Assembly (NCBI GenBank): GCA_035685565.1
Contig: DASSAF010000286.1
Span: 1 to 29,852 of the forward strand
Length of the DNA: 29,852 nucleotides
From: Nitrosopumilaceae archaeon
GTDB taxonomy: Archaea > Thermoproteota > Nitrososphaeria > Nitrososphaerales > Nitrosopumilaceae
Direction: 5' to 3'
Shown: positions 27,265 through 29,852 of the stretch, one piece after another
Numbering within the stretch: the first letter of the stretch is position 1
Layout of the letters: each line of letters opens with the position of its first letter
Made by a program: the position numbers and the translations under genes
Notes under the pieces: generated by a model
What the model saw: only the letters and a program-made list of their open reading frames with translations
The model's database searches: none
Told to the model about the DNA's origin: nothing

Positions 27265-27382
27265 TTTTGCAAATCCACAACAAAGAAAATTCTATCTGAT
27301 CATGAGAGCATTTAAAATTGGAAACATTTTTGGTACAATTATTATAGCACTGTATGCAGGAAAGCATTTCTTAGGAGCATAA
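27254..27382 (+). CDS. Candidate 42-aa single-TM small protein between atpD and atpH (26 aa if started at ATG 27302)
   Basis: Manual translation from TTG 27254: MPANFANPQQRKFYLIMRAFKIGNIFGTIIIALYAGKHFLGA; overlaps the atpD stop and ends 1 nt before the atpH ATG; below the ORF-track length cutoff. Confidence 0.55.
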   Translation: MPANFANPQQRKFYLIMRAFKIGNIFGTIIIALYAGKHFLGA

Positions 27383-27383
27383 C

Positions 27384-27710
27384 ATGTCAACTCAAGAAAA
27401 ATACGTTCATTCTCTTAAACAAATTAAGGAAGGTGAAGAAAAGGCATGGGCGGAAGTTCAAAATTTCAAGAAAAAAGTAATAGAAGATATCAAATCTTTT
27501 CAAATTGATGCTGATAAGACAATCGAGGCAACAAAAACACAAGGAGAAAAATTAGTTGAGACAAGTATAGATCAAGCAAGAAAAAATGCTGAAATTGAAG
27601 TAAAAAAAATTATTGAAGATGCAAAAACAAAATCAAAAACAATATCGTCACAAATGGATGAAAAAACTATTCGTGGAATTCTAGATATTTTATTGAAAGG
27701 TGTAGAATAA
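27384..27710 (+). CDS. atpH: A/V-type ATPase subunit H (G)
   Basis: 108-aa charged helical protein directly before atpI; SD aggag upstream. Confidence 0.85.
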   Translation: MSTQEKYVHSLKQIKEGEEKAWAEVQNFKKKVIEDIKSFQIDADKTIEATKTQGEKLVETSIDQARKNAEIEVKKIIEDAKTKSKTISSQMDEKTIRGILDILLKGVE

Positions 27711-29743
27711 TGGTACTCAAACCTGTCCCAATGACTATGATGGCAGTACTTGGTTTAAGAAAAGATAGGCAAGTTGTAATTTCTGTTTTACATGATATGG
27801 GCATAGTACAATTGGAACCATTATCTAAAGACGTGGCTTCCATGCTCAAAAATGAACGTGATAATGACCTTTACAGGCAAGTTTCAGATCAACTACTTAG
27901 AATTAAAGCATTCAAAATGGTTCTACCTCCCAATCCAATCTCAAGTTGTCAACGTTTTCCAACAATTGACAATTTGATGCAAGCAGCAAAATCAATCGAT
28001 ATAGATTCTAAAATAGCTTCTCTAGAAAGAGAAAAAGAAAATCTCCTAACTAAAATAAATGAAACTGAAAATAATGTGAAACTTGTTGAAGAATTTTCAT
28101 TTTTTCCAGAAGACTTTAACGTACTTCAGTTAGTATTAGGCCATTCTTACTTTGGCCGTTTAGATTCAAAGCAATTTCCATCTTTTAAGAAAGCGTTAGA
28201 AGTAAATAATCTAGACGTTTTCCTTTATTCTAAAGAAGAAAAAGAAGTTACACGTATTATTCTTATTACATTTCCTAACTTCCCTCCTCATGCCCTTGCT
28301 ACTGCTGTTCAAGAATATGATGTTAAACTTGAAGCTGTACCAAAACTCAATGGAACAGCAGCTCAATTAAAACAATCATTAGGTACTGTTCTTAATGAAC
28401 TAGCTCAAAAATTAAAAGAAATTGATAGACAACTAGGCGAGATTTCCAAAGAACATTATGCAAATATTGTATGCATTGAAGAACAACTTGAAATAGAAAA
28501 CAGAAAACTTGAAGTCATTGATAATCTTGGAGTTACATCTGATTCTTTTGCTCTAGAAGGTTGGGTTCCAAAATCAAAATTAGAATCAGTTAAAGCTAAT
28601 CTAGACAAGCATACCAAAGGAACTATTGTTTACGAATTAGAGACTGAAGAAAATCCGCCAACCCTATTTGCAAATCCAAAAAGGTTCAAGTTGTTTGAAG
28701 CCTTTATCAGATTCTATTCTTTACCACAAGGTAAAGAATTTGATCCTACATTAATTTTCGGTCTTATCTTTCCAGTCTTTTATGGTATGATGGTAGGAGA
28801 TGCAGGCTATTGTCTTTTTATTCTCCTTGTTTGCAGATGGGTAATCAGAAGAGTAGAGGGTGGAAAACGTAATCTCAACATCATGCCAAAGCCTTTGAGA
28901 AAATTTGCACTTACTATATTGAAACCCAGGCAGATGGTTAAATTGGCAAAGGCAATGACTCCTGGTGCTATTATTGGAATTATTTTAGGATTCACATTCA
29001 ATCTGTACTTTGGATTTCATCTCAATGGCTATCTGTTTAATTATATAAATACGGCACTTGGCATGCAACTTCTTCCTATTAGTGGAGCAATCTTTAATCC
29101 CATTGTAGGATTACGTAGACTCTTGCTAATTAGTGGATATATTGGTCTAGGAATGGTAACATTTGGTCTAATTCTTGGAATCCTCAATAGCCTAAGAGAG
29201 GGAGAAAAGAAACATGCTATTGGAAAAGTAGGCTGGTTGCTATTTGGATGGGGTGTTGTGATGACAGGGCTAGCATTAATGCATCATGGACACATCAATC
29301 CAATTCACCATGTAGAGGGAATTGGTTACTTTGGATTGCTTTTGGGTGGAATTGGTTTAATGTTTGTTGGAGAAGGTCCAAGAGCTATTATGGAATTACC
29401 GTCTATAGTTAGTCACATACTTTCTTACACAAGAATTGTTGGAATTCTACTAGCCTCAGTAATACTAGCTGATGTAATTGATTTCATTTTTATAAAAACA
29501 CTACATCATTCAATACCGTTTATTGTTCTTGGAACAATGATTCTTTTCATTGGTCACATATTCAATATAATAATTGGAGTTTTTGAGCCTGGAATTCAGG
29601 GAGCAAGATTGGTTTACGTGGAATTTTTCTCCAAATTTTATCATGGAAATGGTAGAGCATTTAGACCATTTGGAACTATGCGCAAGTTTACTTATGATCA
29701 GTACGAATTAGAAATAAAAGAAAAAACTAAAGTCAAAAAATAA
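27710..29743 (+). CDS. atpI: A/V-type ATPase subunit I (a)
   Basis: Soluble N-half, LEGWVP, FYGMMVGDAGY, essential Arg in LSYTRI, RLVYVEFFSKFY.G.G..F.PF. Confidence 0.96.
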   Translation: MVLKPVPMTMMAVLGLRKDRQVVISVLHDMGIVQLEPLSKDVASMLKNERDNDLYRQVSDQLLRIKAFKMVLPPNPISSCQRFPTIDNLMQAAKSIDIDSKIASLEREKENLLTKINETENNVKLVEEFSFFPEDFNVLQLVLGHSYFGRLDSKQFPSFKKALEVNNLDVFLYSKEEKEVTRIILITFPNFPPHALATAVQEYDVKLEAVPKLNGTAAQLKQSLGTVLNELAQKLKEIDRQLGEISKEHYANIVCIEEQLEIENRKLEVIDNLGVTSDSFALEGWVPKSKLESVKANLDKHTKGTIVYELETEENPPTLFANPKRFKLFEAFIRFYSLPQGKEFDPTLIFGLIFPVFYGMMVGDAGYCLFILLVCRWVIRRVEGGKRNLNIMPKPLRKFALTILKPRQMVKLAKAMTPGAIIGIILGFTFNLYFGFHLNGYLFNYINTALGMQLLPISGAIFNPIVGLRRLLLISGYIGLGMVTFGLILGILNSLREGEKKHAIGKVGWLLFGWGVVMTGLALMHHGHINPIHHVEGIGYFGLLLGGIGLMFVGEGPRAIMELPSIVSHILSYTRIVGILLASVILADVIDFIFIKTLHHSIPFIVLGTMILFIGHIFNIIIGVFEPGIQGARLVYVEFFSKFYHGNGRAFRPFGTMRKFTYDQYELEIKEKTKVKK

Positions 29744-29761
29744 TCCTGTATCTTGAATTAA

Positions 29762-29852
29762 TTAATAATATTTTAATTCATTTACATCTAGAGTTCTTGT
29801 ACAGTATCTGCATCTAAGAACAAGACCAGTTTTATCAACTACATCCATTATA
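29762..29852 (-). CDS. pyrI: Aspartate carbamoyltransferase regulatory chain, 3' fragment
   Basis: Minus strand IMDVVDKTGLVLRCRYCTRTLDVNELKYY*; LRCxYC is the C-terminal Zn site of PyrI. Not in the ORF track. Confidence 0.75.
   Translation of the reverse strand, partial: IMDVVDKTGLVLRCRYCTRTLDVNELKYY

Noticed and set aside
352-29001. The many short antisense or alternative-frame ORFs in the track (e.g. 352..696, 849..1070, 8242..8514, 21077..21340, 23012..23362, 25365..25607)
   Set aside because: They lie within well-supported genes on another frame or strand and show no recognisable motifs; shadow ORFs.
1-29852. CRISPR arrays, tRNA/rRNA genes, transposases, integrases
   Set aside because: No regularly spaced repeats, cloverleaf or rRNA-like segments, or recombinase/transposase motifs found by eye; a covariance-model scan was not possible.

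Overview
AT-rich archaeal chromosomal window, most consistent with an ammonia-oxidising Nitrososphaerota (thaumarchaeon), probably Nitrosotalea-like; the taxon is inferred from protein families and operon order, not from a search. Left end: partial pantoate kinase and a divergent AbrB-PhoU regulator. About 1.1-7.4 kb: an accessory-looking block with an FN3 surface protein, a secreted Q/N-rich protein, a small Cys/His zinc-finger ORF, an Lrp/AsnC regulator, a Zn-ribbon methyltransferase and a cupredoxin mosaic protein. Middle: NUDIX, tandem Lrp, MacB/LolCDE-type ABC system with a COG1361 S-layer-domain protein, UbiB kinase, Hsp20, tmk-HD-pyrH, hypotheticals and a rhodanese. Right: a complete Thermoplasmatales-order A/V-type ATPase operon (K-E-C-F-A-B-D-H-I) and the 3' end of pyrI. 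Best new signals: (1) a canonical hammerhead ribozyme on the minus strand (3646-3698) between the zinc-finger ORF and the Shine-Dalgarno site of the secreted-protein gene, next to paired palindromic operator-like sites and a divergent Lrp regulator, i.e. a candidate ribozyme-processed, Lrp-controlled operon; (2) an uncalled 42-codon hydrophobic ORF that fills the atpD-atpH gap; (3) probable CTG and ATT start codons.
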